Positions 51,913 to 64,000 of a DNA stretch of 64,000 bases are shown here, piece by piece. The position numbers were made by a program, and so were the translations under genes. Location: positions 38,254,001 through 38,318,000 of the forward strand of contig NW_027266275.1 of the NCBI RefSeq assembly GCF_022045235.1, in the 5' to 3' direction. Below the pieces are notes generated by a model. The model searched no databases, was not told where the DNA came from, and saw nothing but the letters and a program-made list of their open reading frames with translations. Source of the stretch: Haliotis cracherodii. Its lineage: Eukaryota. Positions within the stretch are counted from its first letter, which is position 1. The number at the start of each line of letters is the position of its first letter.

Positions 51913-54900
51913 CTACACATCGAGGGGGTGGAAGGAGGGACAAAGGGAGGCATGTGAGACAGAATACGGGATACGTTTGCAAAGAAAACGAATCACAGTT
52001 TATTATAGGGACTGGGCAGACTTAATGTACAATAAAACAGGGGCTATAATAGAAGGAAGAAGTGACAGGGAGGGCATGTAAAACTACATACACAGTCGGA
52101 CTCCTCATCCTGAGACGGCCACAAACTCACAGCCGCAGGAGTGCCATAATAGCGAATTATGTCCTCCCGAGCTGAAAAAGAAAAACGAAAGCTAGGTTCA
52201 GTTAAATGTACGCCGGCGGCTGCGTTTACAAAATCACAACTTACGTCTTCTGACAGCTACAATATGTCATTAGACCTCGGCCTTTTGACAATGCGAATTC
52301 CAAGTGTATGTGGGCTTTACAGGCTGTGCTGCAAGACCACCATTAACCAATAAAATGGGCCAAACAGCTGCTTTTCACGTAATACAGGTTATCTTACATC
52401 TGTACTACAACGCTCGACACTATAATGAACGAACAGGTTTCATCTAAGCACCACATGTCAAGTTTACAATCCAAATTTTTCAATTAAGACAATTGCAAAT
52501 GGCGGCCGCCATCTTCAGTCCCGATACTGCTGCCTAACAACGACCAATTTCACATCTATATTAACATCTTAATACTGTTAAGTGGAATAATTGTGACCTT
52601 AAATACCTTGAATGTGAAGCCTTGTGTTCATCTTGGAAGAAGGCACACTTGGAAAGATACAGCAGTGAGCGAAACGTAGAGGTCAGCGGAGCAAATGCGA
52701 TCGTTTTTCTGTTGTAAACAGAAGGGACGTGGGTAACGGCAACGGTAACTACGTTACGGAGTTCGAGGACTCAGAACGAGGCTCATCGACAGCTTCCGGC
52801 GTGGTCAAGCCTAATGGCATTGCAGAGGCTGAAAACAGACGGGTTTATTTCGTCTGAACACCAGGCTTAAGTTGTAACTTACAACTGAAACGTTGCATAC
52901 ATCAGTTTAGAGTTTGAAAAAACGTGCTGGTGAAACTGGGTGTTTTTCGTGCCTCCATTATTCGGAACAGGGCAAATTTTGTTCATTTTCATATGGATCA
53001 TCACTTGTAGACATTAACCTGAAACGTTGGCCACGTGGCTGGGCCGAATAGCGATACCATATAAGAACCCTCTGTTATACCAGCCTTCACAATACCTTTT
53101 ACATTCGACAAACTGACACGGGCTAGTGGGCTAGTAAGAATGTGAGGGAGACTAGATATTTTTTCAGCTATGGATGCAAAACCAGTTATAAACTATGAGC
53201 CTAAATAAAACTTTTCTTTAAAAAACACACACCTTGCAACAATTTATTTTTGGTGGCCGACATGTTCTTTTTGTTCAACAGTCTGAAGCATAATTATTTT
53301 CCAATCAATTTCTGAGACAATTTATTTGTTTCTGATAAAATCCTTCCCACCCACACACTCACAGTCAGAGAAATCCAATTGTCCGTTCCATTTTGAAAAC
53401 GCTGATGTGGACGTACAGGGGACGAATTCAGACCCCTTCTATCATTTATGTATTTTTGTAGAATGCCAGATACGAATAGTACGTCATATTTGTATTAATC
53501 TACTCTTGCATACAAGTAGGTGTCAACATAGGCGTTTTACTTGCACCTGACCACAGCCTATGTATAAAAGCATGCCCTCTGCTTTTTCTGAAGATCACGG
53601 GCCAAAGGAACAGCAGTGAAGTCGATTTCTGGAAGGCCACAATGAAGAGACGAGTGGAATCCAATATTGTCTGGGTCGAAGGGAGATCACTCTCAATCCC
53701 TTGTCCGACTACCGGTATTAGATGGTGAAGTGCTCGTAATATATCCTATGTGGCGACACTTGTGTTTTAGAGAAGAAAGGCAATTCTCGATTCGAACTCC
53801 ATCAATAGGAAGCCACAATCATTGTTTCATTAGAAAAGTTTAGCTAGTTAATTGGAATATTAAAATTCTTCAATAACAAAGTGTCCAAGAGAGCTATCCT
53901 CGGAAAATATCCCGTGTCACAATTGTCGCCACATAAAAATTTAGAAGTGTCAAATCTTAAGGTAGCCCCACCTATTCAGAAATCTTCTGCCGAGTACAGA
54001 TCATGAAATTGGGACACAGCAGAACAGCAATATAGGGGCAACTTTCACTGATTAACAATATCCATATGAATTTATGTCTCGTGTTCGGGAACCTTGGGAT
54101 TTGGCCAGATGCCTATATTGCGATGCTGCTGTCGCCCAGATATTATTAGCTGTAAGGATGAAACACTGTAGACAAAACAGACAACTTGTGTATACATTAC
54201 AGAAACATTTATTCAGATAACAGAAAGCCGAAAGTAATATGTCTCAAGAGAGATCCAAAAACGGGCCAAAATTGTATAGAACGTATAGTCTTGTGCGATT
54301 CTAATAAGCCAAGAGGTTTGCCGAAACGAAAGTGAAAGTTGGGCCAAAATGTATGTGCCTAAAAATACGCCAAAATGCACAAAGAGCGGTTATGTGGAAA
54401 GGTACTCTCTCTCTCTCTCACTCTCTCTCTCTCTGTGTCTTATACAGACATATATGTACTCGTTAATTCACTCTAACTCTCATCTCTAACATACATACCT
54501 TCTTCCTCTCACACACACATACATACATACTCATTCAGTCAGTCACACACACAGACACACACACAGACACACACACACATTAGCACACTTACACACTAAC
54601 ACGAACACATGCTCATTCAATCTTTCATTTACACTCACATACGCACACATACATACACACATGCTCATTCACTCACTCACTCCAACACATTCAGACATTA
54701 AAAGGATAAGGAGTCTAAGAGAAGATCACACACACATTCATACATACTCATTCAGTCAGTCAATCACACAGACACACAGACACATTAGCACACTTACACA
54801 CTAACACGAACACATGCTCATTCAATCTTTCATTTACACTCACATACGCACACATACATTCACACATGCTCATTCACTCACTCACTCGAACACATTCAGA

Positions 54901-55157
54901 CATTAAAAGGATAAGGAGTCTAAGAGAAGATCACACACACATACATACATACTCATTCAGTCAGTCAATCACACAGACACACACACACACACACACACAC
55001 TGACACACTAACACACACACACACTAGCACACTTACACATTTACACGAACACATGCTCATTCAATCTTTCATTTACTCTCACATACGCACACATACATAC
55101 ACACATGCTCATTCACTCACTCACTCGAACACATTCAGCAGTAAAAGGATAAGGAGT

Positions 55158-55427
55158 CTAAGAGAAGATCTTCCTAAAGAAGGCAGCAGCTCTCGTCAGC
55201 GCCTTTCTAAAGGGATGAATCTCTCTGTCATCCACAAAGCTGTGGTCGTCCTCGTCCTCGTACACCCAGTAGTCACTGTCATCGTCGTCACTTGGGGCAG
55301 GGTAGTGATCAGCGTGGTTAATGGTGACGGGGGCAGGGAGCGTCTCACCGTAGACAGGGCGGGCCCAGAACGGAGTGAAGACGCTCAGGGGCGCGGGACA
55401 ACGGGAAGGGGACACAGCCAGGGAACG
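55158..55427 (-). CDS. Array copy 5 of the putative small-protein exon
   Basis: Open frame; CPAPL variant. Confidence 0.45.
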   Translation of the reverse strand, partial: RSLAVSPSRCPAPLSVFTPFWARPVYGETLPAPVTINHADHYPAPSDDDDSDYWVYEDEDDHSFVDDREIHPFRKALTRAAAFFRKIFS

Positions 55428-57916
55428 CTACACATCGAGGGGGTGGAAGGAGGGACAAAGGGAGGCATGTGAGACAGAATACGGGATACGTTTGCAAAGA
55501 AAACGAATCACAGTTTATTATAGGGACTGGGCAGACTTAATGTACAATAAAACAGGGGCTATAATAGAAGGAAGAAGTGACAGGGAGGGCATGTAAAACT
55601 ACATACACAGTCGGACTCCTCATCCTGAGACGGCCACAAACTCACAGCCGCAGGAGTGCCATAATAGCGAATTATGTCCTCCCGAGCTGAAAAAGAAAAA
55701 CGAAAGCTAGGTTCAGTTAAATGTACGCCGGCGGCTGCGTTTACAAAATCACAACTTACGTCTTCTGACAGCTACAATATGTCATTAGACCTCGGCCTTT
55801 TGACAATGCGAATTCCAAGTGTATGTGGGCTTTACAGGCTGTGCTGCAAGACCACCATTAACCAATAAAATGGGCCAAACAGCTGCTTTTCACGTAATAC
55901 AGGTTATCTTACATCTGTACTACAACGCTCGACACTATAATGAACGAACAGGTTTCATCTAAGCACCACATGTCAAGTTTACAATCCAAATTTTTCAATT
56001 AAGACAATTGCAAATGGCGGCCGCCATCTTCAGTCCCGATACTGCTGCCTAACAACGACCAATTTCACATCTATATTAACATCTTAATACTGTTAAGTGG
56101 AATAATTGTGACCTTAAATACCTTGAATGTGAAGCCTTGTGTTCATCTTGGAAGAAGGCACACTTGGAAAGATACAGCAGTGAGCGAAACGTAGAGGTCA
56201 GCGGAGCAAATGCGATCGTTTTTCTGTTGTAAACAGAAGGGACGTGGGTAACGGCAACGGTAACTACGTTACGGAGTTCGAGGACTCAGAACGAGGCTCA
56301 TCGACAGCTTCCGGCGTGGTCAAGCCTAATGGCATTGCAGAGGCTGAAAACAGACGGGTTTATTTCGTCTGAACACCAGGCTTAAGTTGTAACTTACAAC
56401 TGAAACGTTGCATACATCAGTTTAGAGTTTGAAAAAACGTGCTGGTGAAACTGGGTGTTTTTCGTGCCTCCATTATTCGGAACAGGGCGAATTTTGTTCA
56501 TTTTCATATGGATCATCACTTGTAGACATTAACCTGAAACGTTGGCCACGTGGCTGGGCCGAATAGCGATACCATATAAGAACCCTCTGTTATACCAGCC
56601 TTCACAATACCTTTTACATTCGACAAACTGACACGGGCTAGTGGGCTAGTAAGAATGTGAGGGAGACTAGATATTTTTTCAGCTATGGATGCAAAACCAG
56701 TTATAAACTATGAGCCTAAATAAAACTTTTCTTTAAAAAACACACACCTTGCAACAATTTATTTTTGGTGGCCGACATGTTCTTTTTGTTCAACAGTCTG
56801 AAGCATAATTATTTTCCAATCAATTTCTGAGACAATTTATTTGTTTCTGATAAAATCCTTCCCACCCACACACTCACAGTCAGAGAAATCCAATTGTCCG
56901 TTCCATTTTGAAAACGCTGATGTGGACGTACAGGGGACGAATTCAGACCCCTTCTATCATTTATGTATTTTTGTAGAATGCCAGATACGAATAGTACGTC
57001 ATATTTGTATTAATCTACTCTTGCATACAAGTAGGTGTCAACATAGGCGTTTTACTTGCACCTGACCACAGCCTATGTATAAAAGCATGCCCTCTGCTTT
57101 TTCTGAAGATCACGGGCCAAAGGAACAGCAGTGAAGTCGATTTCTGGAAGGCCACAATGAAGAGACGAGTGGAATCCAATATTGTCTGGGTCGAAGGGAG
57201 ATCACTCTCAATCCCTTGTCCGACTACCGGTATTAGATGGTGAAGTGCTCGTAATATATCCTATGTGGCGACACTTGTGTTTTAGAGAAGAAAGGCAATT
57301 CTCGATTCGAACTCCATCAATAGGAAGCCACAATCATTGTTTCATTAGAAAAGTTTAGCTAGTTAATTGGAATATTAAAATTCTTCAATAACAAAGTGTC
57401 CAAGAGAGCTATCCTCGGAAAATATCCCGTGTCACAATTGTCGCCACATAAAAATTTAGAAGTGTCAAATCTTAAGGTAGCCCCACCTATTCAGAAATCT
57501 TCTGCCGAGTACAGATCATGAAATTGGGACACAGCAGAACAGCAATATAGGGGCAACTTTCACTGATTAACAATATCCATATGAATTTATGTCTCGTGTT
57601 CGGGAACCTTGGGATTTGGCCAGATGCCTATATTGCGATGCTGCTGTCGCCCAGATATTATTAGCTGTAAGGATGAAACACTGTAGACAAAACAGACAAC
57701 TTGTGTATACATTACAGAAACATTTATTCAGATCACAGAAAGCCGAAAGTAATATGCCTCAAGAGAGATCCAAAAACGGGCCAAAATTGTATAGAACGTA
57801 TAGTCTTGTGCGATTCTAATAAGCCAAGAGGTTTGCCGAAACGAAAGTGAAAGTTGGGCCAAAATGTATGTGCCTAAAAATACGCCAAAATGCACAAAGA
57901 GCAGTTATGTGGAAAG

Positions 57917-57960
<44 letters not shown>

Positions 57961-58471
57961 ACAGACATATATGTACTCGTTAATTCACTCTAACTCTCAT
58001 CTCTAACATACATACCTTCTTCCTCTCACACACACATACATACATACTCATTCAGTCAGTCACACACACAGACACACAGACACACACACACATTAGCACA
58101 CTTACACACTAATACACTAACACGAACACATGCTCATTCAATCTTTCATTTACACTCACATACGCACACATACATACACACATGCTCATTCTCTCACTCA
58201 CTCGAACACATTCAGACATTAAAAGGATAAGGAGTCTAAGAGAAGATCACACACACATTCATACATACTCATTCAGTCAGTCCATCACACAGACACACAT
58301 ACACACAAACACACACACACACACTAACACACACACACTAGCACACTTACACACTTACACGAACACATGCTCATTCAATCTTTCATTTACTCTCACATAC
58401 GCACACATACATACACACATGCTCATTCACTCACTCACTCGAACACATTCAGCAGTAAAAGGATAAGGAGT

Positions 58472-58741
58472 CTAAGAGAAGATCTTCCTAAAGAAGGCAG
58501 CAGCTCTCGTCAGCGCCTTTCTAAAGGGATGAATCTCTCTGTCATCCACAAAGCTGTGGTCGTCCTCGTCCTCGTACACCCAGTAGTCACTGTCATCGTC
58601 GTCACTTGGGGCAGGGTAGTGATCAGCGTGGTTAATGGTGACGGGGGCAGGGAGCGTCTCACCGTAGACAGGGCGGGCCCAGAACGGAGTGAAGACGCTC
58701 AGGGGGTCGGGACAACGGGAAGGGGACACAGCCAGGGAACG
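58472..58741 (-). CDS. Array copy 6 of the putative small-protein exon
   Basis: Open frame. Confidence 0.45.
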   Translation of the reverse strand, partial: RSLAVSPSRCPDPLSVFTPFWARPVYGETLPAPVTINHADHYPAPSDDDDSDYWVYEDEDDHSFVDDREIHPFRKALTRAAAFFRKIFS

Positions 58742-61700
58742 CTACACATCGAGGGGGTGGAAGGAGGGACAAAGGGAGGTATGTGAGACAGAATACGGGA
58801 TACGTTTGCAAAGAAAACGAATCACAGTTTATTATAGGGACTGGGCAGACTTAATGTACAATAAATCAGGGGCTATAATAGAAGGAAGAAGTGACAGGGA
58901 GGGCATGTAAAACTACATACACAGTCGGACTCCTCATCCTGAGACGGCCACAAACTCACAGCCGCAGGAGTGCCATAATAGCGAATTATGTCCTCCCGAG
59001 CTGAAAAAGAAAAACGAAAGCTAGGTTCAGTTAAATGTACGCCGGCGGCTGCGTTTACAAAATCACAACTTACGTCTTCTGACAGCTACAATATGTCACT
59101 AGACCTCGGCCTTTTGACAATGCGAATTTCAAGTGTATGTGGGCTTTACAGGCTGTGCTGCAAGACCACCATAAACCAATAAAATGGGTCAAACAGATGC
59201 TTTTCACGTAATACAGGTTATCTTACATCTGTACTACATCGCTCGACACTATAATGAACGAACAGGTTTCATCTAAGCACCACATGTCATGTTTACAATC
59301 CAAATTTTTCAATTAAGACAATTGCAAATGGCGGCCGCCATCTTCAGTCCCGATACTGCTGCCTAACAACGACCAATTTCACATCTATATTAACATCTTA
59401 ATACTGTTAAGTGGAATAATTGTGACCTTAAATACCTTGAATGTGAAGCCTTGTGTTCATCTTGGAAGAAGGCACACTTGGAAAGATACAGCAGTGAGCG
59501 AAACGTAGAGGTCAGCGGAGCAAATGCGATCGTTTTTCTGTTGTAAACAGAAGGGACGTGGGTAACGGCAACGGTAACTACGTTACGGAGTTCGAGGACT
59601 CAGAACGAGGCTCATCGACAGCTTCCGGCGTGGTCAAGCCTAATGGCATTGCAGAGGCTGAAAACAGACGGGTTTATTTCGTCTGAACACCAGGCTTAAG
59701 TTGTAACTTACAACTGAAACGTTGCATACATCAGTTTAGAGTTTGAAAAAACGTGCTGGTGAAACTGGGTGTTTTTCGTGCCTCCATTACTCGGAACAGG
59801 GCGAATTTTGTTCATTTTCATATGGATCATCACTTGTAGACATTAACCTGAAACGTTGGCCACGTGGCTGGGCCGAATAGCGATACCATATAAGAACCCT
59901 CTGTTATACCAGCCTTCACAATACCTTTTACATTCGACAAACTGACACGGGCTAGTGGGCTAGTAAGAATGTGAGGGAGACTAGATATTTTTTCAGCTAC
60001 GGATGCAAAACCAGTTATAAACTATGAGCCTAAATAAAACTTTTCTTTAAAAAACACACACCTTGCAACAATTTATTTTTGGTGGCCGACATGTTCTTTT
60101 TGTTCAACAGTCTGAAGCATAATTATTTTCCAATCAATTTCTGAGACAATTTATTTGTTTCTGATAAAATCCTTCCCACCCACACACTCACAGTCAGAGA
60201 AATCCAATTGTCCGTTCCATTTTGAAAACGCTGATGTGGACGTACAGGGGACGAATTCAGACCCCTTCTATCATTTATGTATTTTTGTAGAATGCCAGAT
60301 ACGAATATTACGTCATATTTGTATTAATCTACTCTTGCATACAAGTAGGTGTCAACATAGGCGTTTTACTTGCACCTGACCATAGCCTATGTATAAAAGC
60401 ATGCCCTCTGCTTTTTCTGAAGATCACAGGCCAAAGGAACAGCAGTGAAGTCGATTTCTGGAAGGCCACAATGATTAGACGAGTGGCATCCAATATTGTC
60501 TGGGGCGAAGGGAGATCACTCTCAATCCCTTGTCCGACTACCGGTATTAGATGGTGAAGTGCTCGTAATATATTCTATGTGGCGACACTTGTGTTTTAGA
60601 GAAGAAAGGCAATTCTCGATTCGAACTCCATCAATAGGAAGCCACAATCATTGTTTCATTAGAAAAGTTTAGCTAGTTAATTGGAATATTAAAATTCTTC
60701 AATAACAAAGTGTCCAAGAGAGCTATCCTCGGAAAATATCCCGTGTCACAATTGTCGCCACATAAAAATTTAGAAGTGTCAAATCTTAAGGTAGCCCCAC
60801 CTATTCAGAAATCTTCTGCCGAGTACAGATCATGAAATTGGGACACAGCAGAACAGCAATGTAGGGGCAACTTTCACTGATTAACAATATCCATAGGAAT
60901 TTATGTCTCATGTTCGGGAACCTTGGGATTTGGCCAGATGCCTATATTGCGATGCTGCTGTCGCCCAGATATTATTAGCTGTAAGGATGAAACACTGTAG
61001 ACAAAACAGACAACTTGTGTATACATTACAGAAACATTTATTCAGATAACAGAAAGCCGAAAGTAATATGTCTCAAGAGAGATCCAAAAACGGGCCAAAA
61101 TTGTATAGAACGTATAGTCTTGTGCGATTCTAATAAGCCAAGAGGTTTGCCGAAACGAAAGTGAAAGTTGGGCCAAAATGTATGTGCCTAAAAATACGCC
61201 AAAATGCACAAAGAGCGGTTATGTGGAAAGGTACTCTCTCTCTCTCTCACTCTCTCTCTCTCTGTGTCTTATACAGACATATATGTACTCGTTAATTCAC
61301 TCTAACTCTCATCTCTAACATACATACCTTCTTCCTCTCACACACACATACATACATACTCATTCAGTCAGTCACACACACAGACACACACACAGACACA
61401 CACACACATTAGCACACTTACACACTAACACGAACACATGCTCATTCAATCTTTCATTTACACTCACATACGCACACATACATACACACATGCTCATTCA
61501 CTCACTCACTCCAACACATTCAGACATTAAAAGGATAAGGAGTCTAAGAGAAGATCACACACACATACATACATACTCATTCAGTCAGTCAATCACACAG
61601 ACACACAGACACATTAGCACACTTACACACTAACACGAACACATGCTCATTCAATCTTTCATTTACACTCACATACGCACACATACATTCACACATGCTC

Positions 61701-61810
61701 ATTCACTCACTCACTCGAACACATTCAGACATTAAAAGGATAAGGAGTCTAAGAGAAGATCACACACACATACATACATACTCATTCAGTCAGTCAATCA
61801 CACAGACACA

Positions 61811-61847
<37 letters not shown>

Positions 61848-62000
61848 ACACACTAACACACACACACTAGCACACTTACACATTTACACGAACACATGCT
61901 CATTCAATCTTTCATTTACTCTCACATACGCACACATACATACACACATGCTCATTCACTCACTCACTCGAACACATTCAGCAGTAAAAGGATAAGGAGT

Positions 62001-62270
62001 CTAAGAGAAGATCTTCCTAAAGAAGGCAGCAGCTCTCGTCAGCGCCTTTCTAAAGGGATGAATCTCTCTGTCATCCACAAAGCTGTGGTCGTCCTCGTCC
62101 TCGTACACCCAGTAGTCACTGTCATCGTCGTCACTTGGGGCAGGGTAGTGATCAGCGTGGTTAATGGTGACGGGGGCAGGGAGCGTCTCACCGTAGACAG
62201 GGCGGGCCCAGAACGGAGTGAAGACGCTCAGGGGGTCGGGACAACGGGAAGGGGACACAGCCAGGGAACG
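62001..62270 (-). CDS. Array copy 7 of the putative small-protein exon
   Basis: Open frame. Confidence 0.45.
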   Translation of the reverse strand, partial: RSLAVSPSRCPDPLSVFTPFWARPVYGETLPAPVTINHADHYPAPSDDDDSDYWVYEDEDDHSFVDDREIHPFRKALTRAAAFFRKIFS

Positions 62271-64000
62271 CTACACATCGAGGGGGTGGAAGGAGGGACA
62301 AAGGGAGGCATGTGAGACAGAATACGGGATACGTTTGCAAAGAAAACGAATCACAGTTTATTATAGGGACTGGGCAGACTTAATGTACAATAAAACAGGG
62401 GCTATAATAGAAGGAAGAAGTGACAGGGAGGGCATGTAAAACTACATACACAGTCGGACTCCTCATCCTGAGACGGCCACAAACTCACAGCCGCAGGAGT
62501 GCCATAATAGCGAATTATGTCCTCCCGAGCTGAAAAAGAAAAACGAAAGCTAGGTTCAGTTAAATGTACGCCGGCGGCTGCGTTTACAAAATCACAACTT
62601 ACGTCTTCTGACAGCTACAATATGTCATTAGACCTCGGCCTTTTGACAATGCGAATTCCAAGTGTATGTGGGCTTTACAGGCTGTGCTGCAAGACCACCA
62701 TTAACCAATAAAATGGGCCAAACAGCTGCTTTTCACGTAATACAGGTTATCTTACATCTGTACTACAACGCTCGACACTATAATGAACGAACAGGTTTCA
62801 TCTAAGCACCACATGTCAAGTTTACAATCCAAATTTTTCAATTAAGACAATTGCAAATGGCGGCCGCCATCTTCAGTCCCGATACTGCTGCCTAACAACG
62901 ACCAATTTCACATCTATATTAACATCTTAATACTGTTAAGTGGAATAATTGTGACCTTAAATACCTTGAATGTGAAGCCTTGTGTTCATCTTGGAAGAAG
63001 GCACACTTGGAAAGATACAGCAGTGAGCGAAACGTAGAGGTCAGCGGAGCAAATGCGATCGTTTTTCTGTTGTAAACAGAAGGGACGTGGGTAACGGCAA
63101 CGGTAACTACGTTACGGAGTTCGAGGACTCAGAACGAGGCTCATCGACAGCTTCCGGCGTGGTCAAGCCTAATGGCATTGCAGAGGCTGAAAACAGACGG
63201 GTTTATTTCGTCTGAACACCAGGCTTAAGTTGTAACTTACAACTGAAACGTTGCATACATCAGTTTAGAGTTTGAAAAAACGTGCTGGTGAAACTGGGTG
63301 TTTTTCGTGCCTCCATTATTCGGAACAGGGCGAATTTTGTTCATTTTCATATGGATCATCACTTGTAGACATTAACCTGAAACGTTGGCCACGTGGCTGG
63401 GCCGAATAGCGATACCATATAAGAACCCTCTGTTATACCAGCCTTCACAATACCTTTTACATTCGACAAACTGACACGGGCTAGTGGGCTAGTAAGAATG
63501 TGAGGGAGACTAGATATTTTTTCAGCTATGGATGCAAAACCAGTTATAAACTATGAGCCTAAATAAAACTTTTCTTTAAAAAACACACACCTTGCAACAA
63601 TTTATTTTTGGTGGCCGACATGTTCTTTTTGTTCAACAGTCTGAAGCATAATTATTTTCCAATCAATTTCTGAGACAATTTATTTGTTTCTGATAAAATC
63701 CTTCCCACCCACACACTCACAGTCAGAGAAATCCAATTGTCCGTTCCATTTTGAAAACGCTGATGTGGACGTACAGGGGACGAATTCAGACCCCTTCTAT
63801 CATTTATGTATTTTTGTAGAATGCCAGATACGAATAGTACGTCATATTTGTATTAATCTACTCTTGCATACAAGTAGGTGTCAACATAGGCGTTTTACTT
63901 GCACCTGACCACAGCCTATGTATAAAAGCATGCCCTCTGCTTTTTCTGAAGATCACGGGCCAAAGGAACAGCAGTGAAGTCGATTTCTGGAAGGCCACAA

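Larger units (their letters stand above)
41401..64000. repeat. Head-to-tail macrosatellite / tandem segmental array, at least 7 units of 3.3-3.5 kb, runs off the window
   Basis: The marker ORF recurs at 41503, 44791, 48128, 51643, 55158, 58472 and 62001 (periods 3288, 3337, 3515, 3515, 3314, 3529). Units are near-identical apart from a (CT)n/(CA)n-rich spacer. Confidence 0.98.

Overview
Animal (eukaryotic) genomic DNA. The (CACT)n-tailed tRNA-SINEs suggest a mollusc such as an abalone-like gastropod, but this is inference. 1-15 kb is mostly intron-like DNA with SINEs, MITEs and a minisatellite. 15.1-26.7 kb (+) holds ten phase-compatible exons (about 517 aa) of a Zasp52/Enigma-type PDZ-LIM gene with a ZM motif, QSRS motifs, a Pro/Gly linker and three C-terminal LIM domains; I did not find the PDZ exons. 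32-41 kb is a nest of mobile elements: a TIR-intact DD34E Tc1 inserted in the GIY motif of a 5'-inverted Penelope-like element (PLE), a second Tc1 fragment, a 400-bp duplicate of the LIM1 exon/intron, an L1 fragment, and an 86-bp tandem array interrupted by a second PLE. That PLE has an inverted pLTR and a hammerhead-like motif and itself carries an RNase H LINE. From about 41.4 kb to the window end is a head-to-tail array of at least 7 near-identical 3.3-3.5 kb units. Each unit carries minus-strand splice signals, promoter-like motifs and an unrecognised 89-codon block (Pro-rich, then acidic/aromatic, then a cationic amphipathic helix). This array is the best candidate for an undescribed system.
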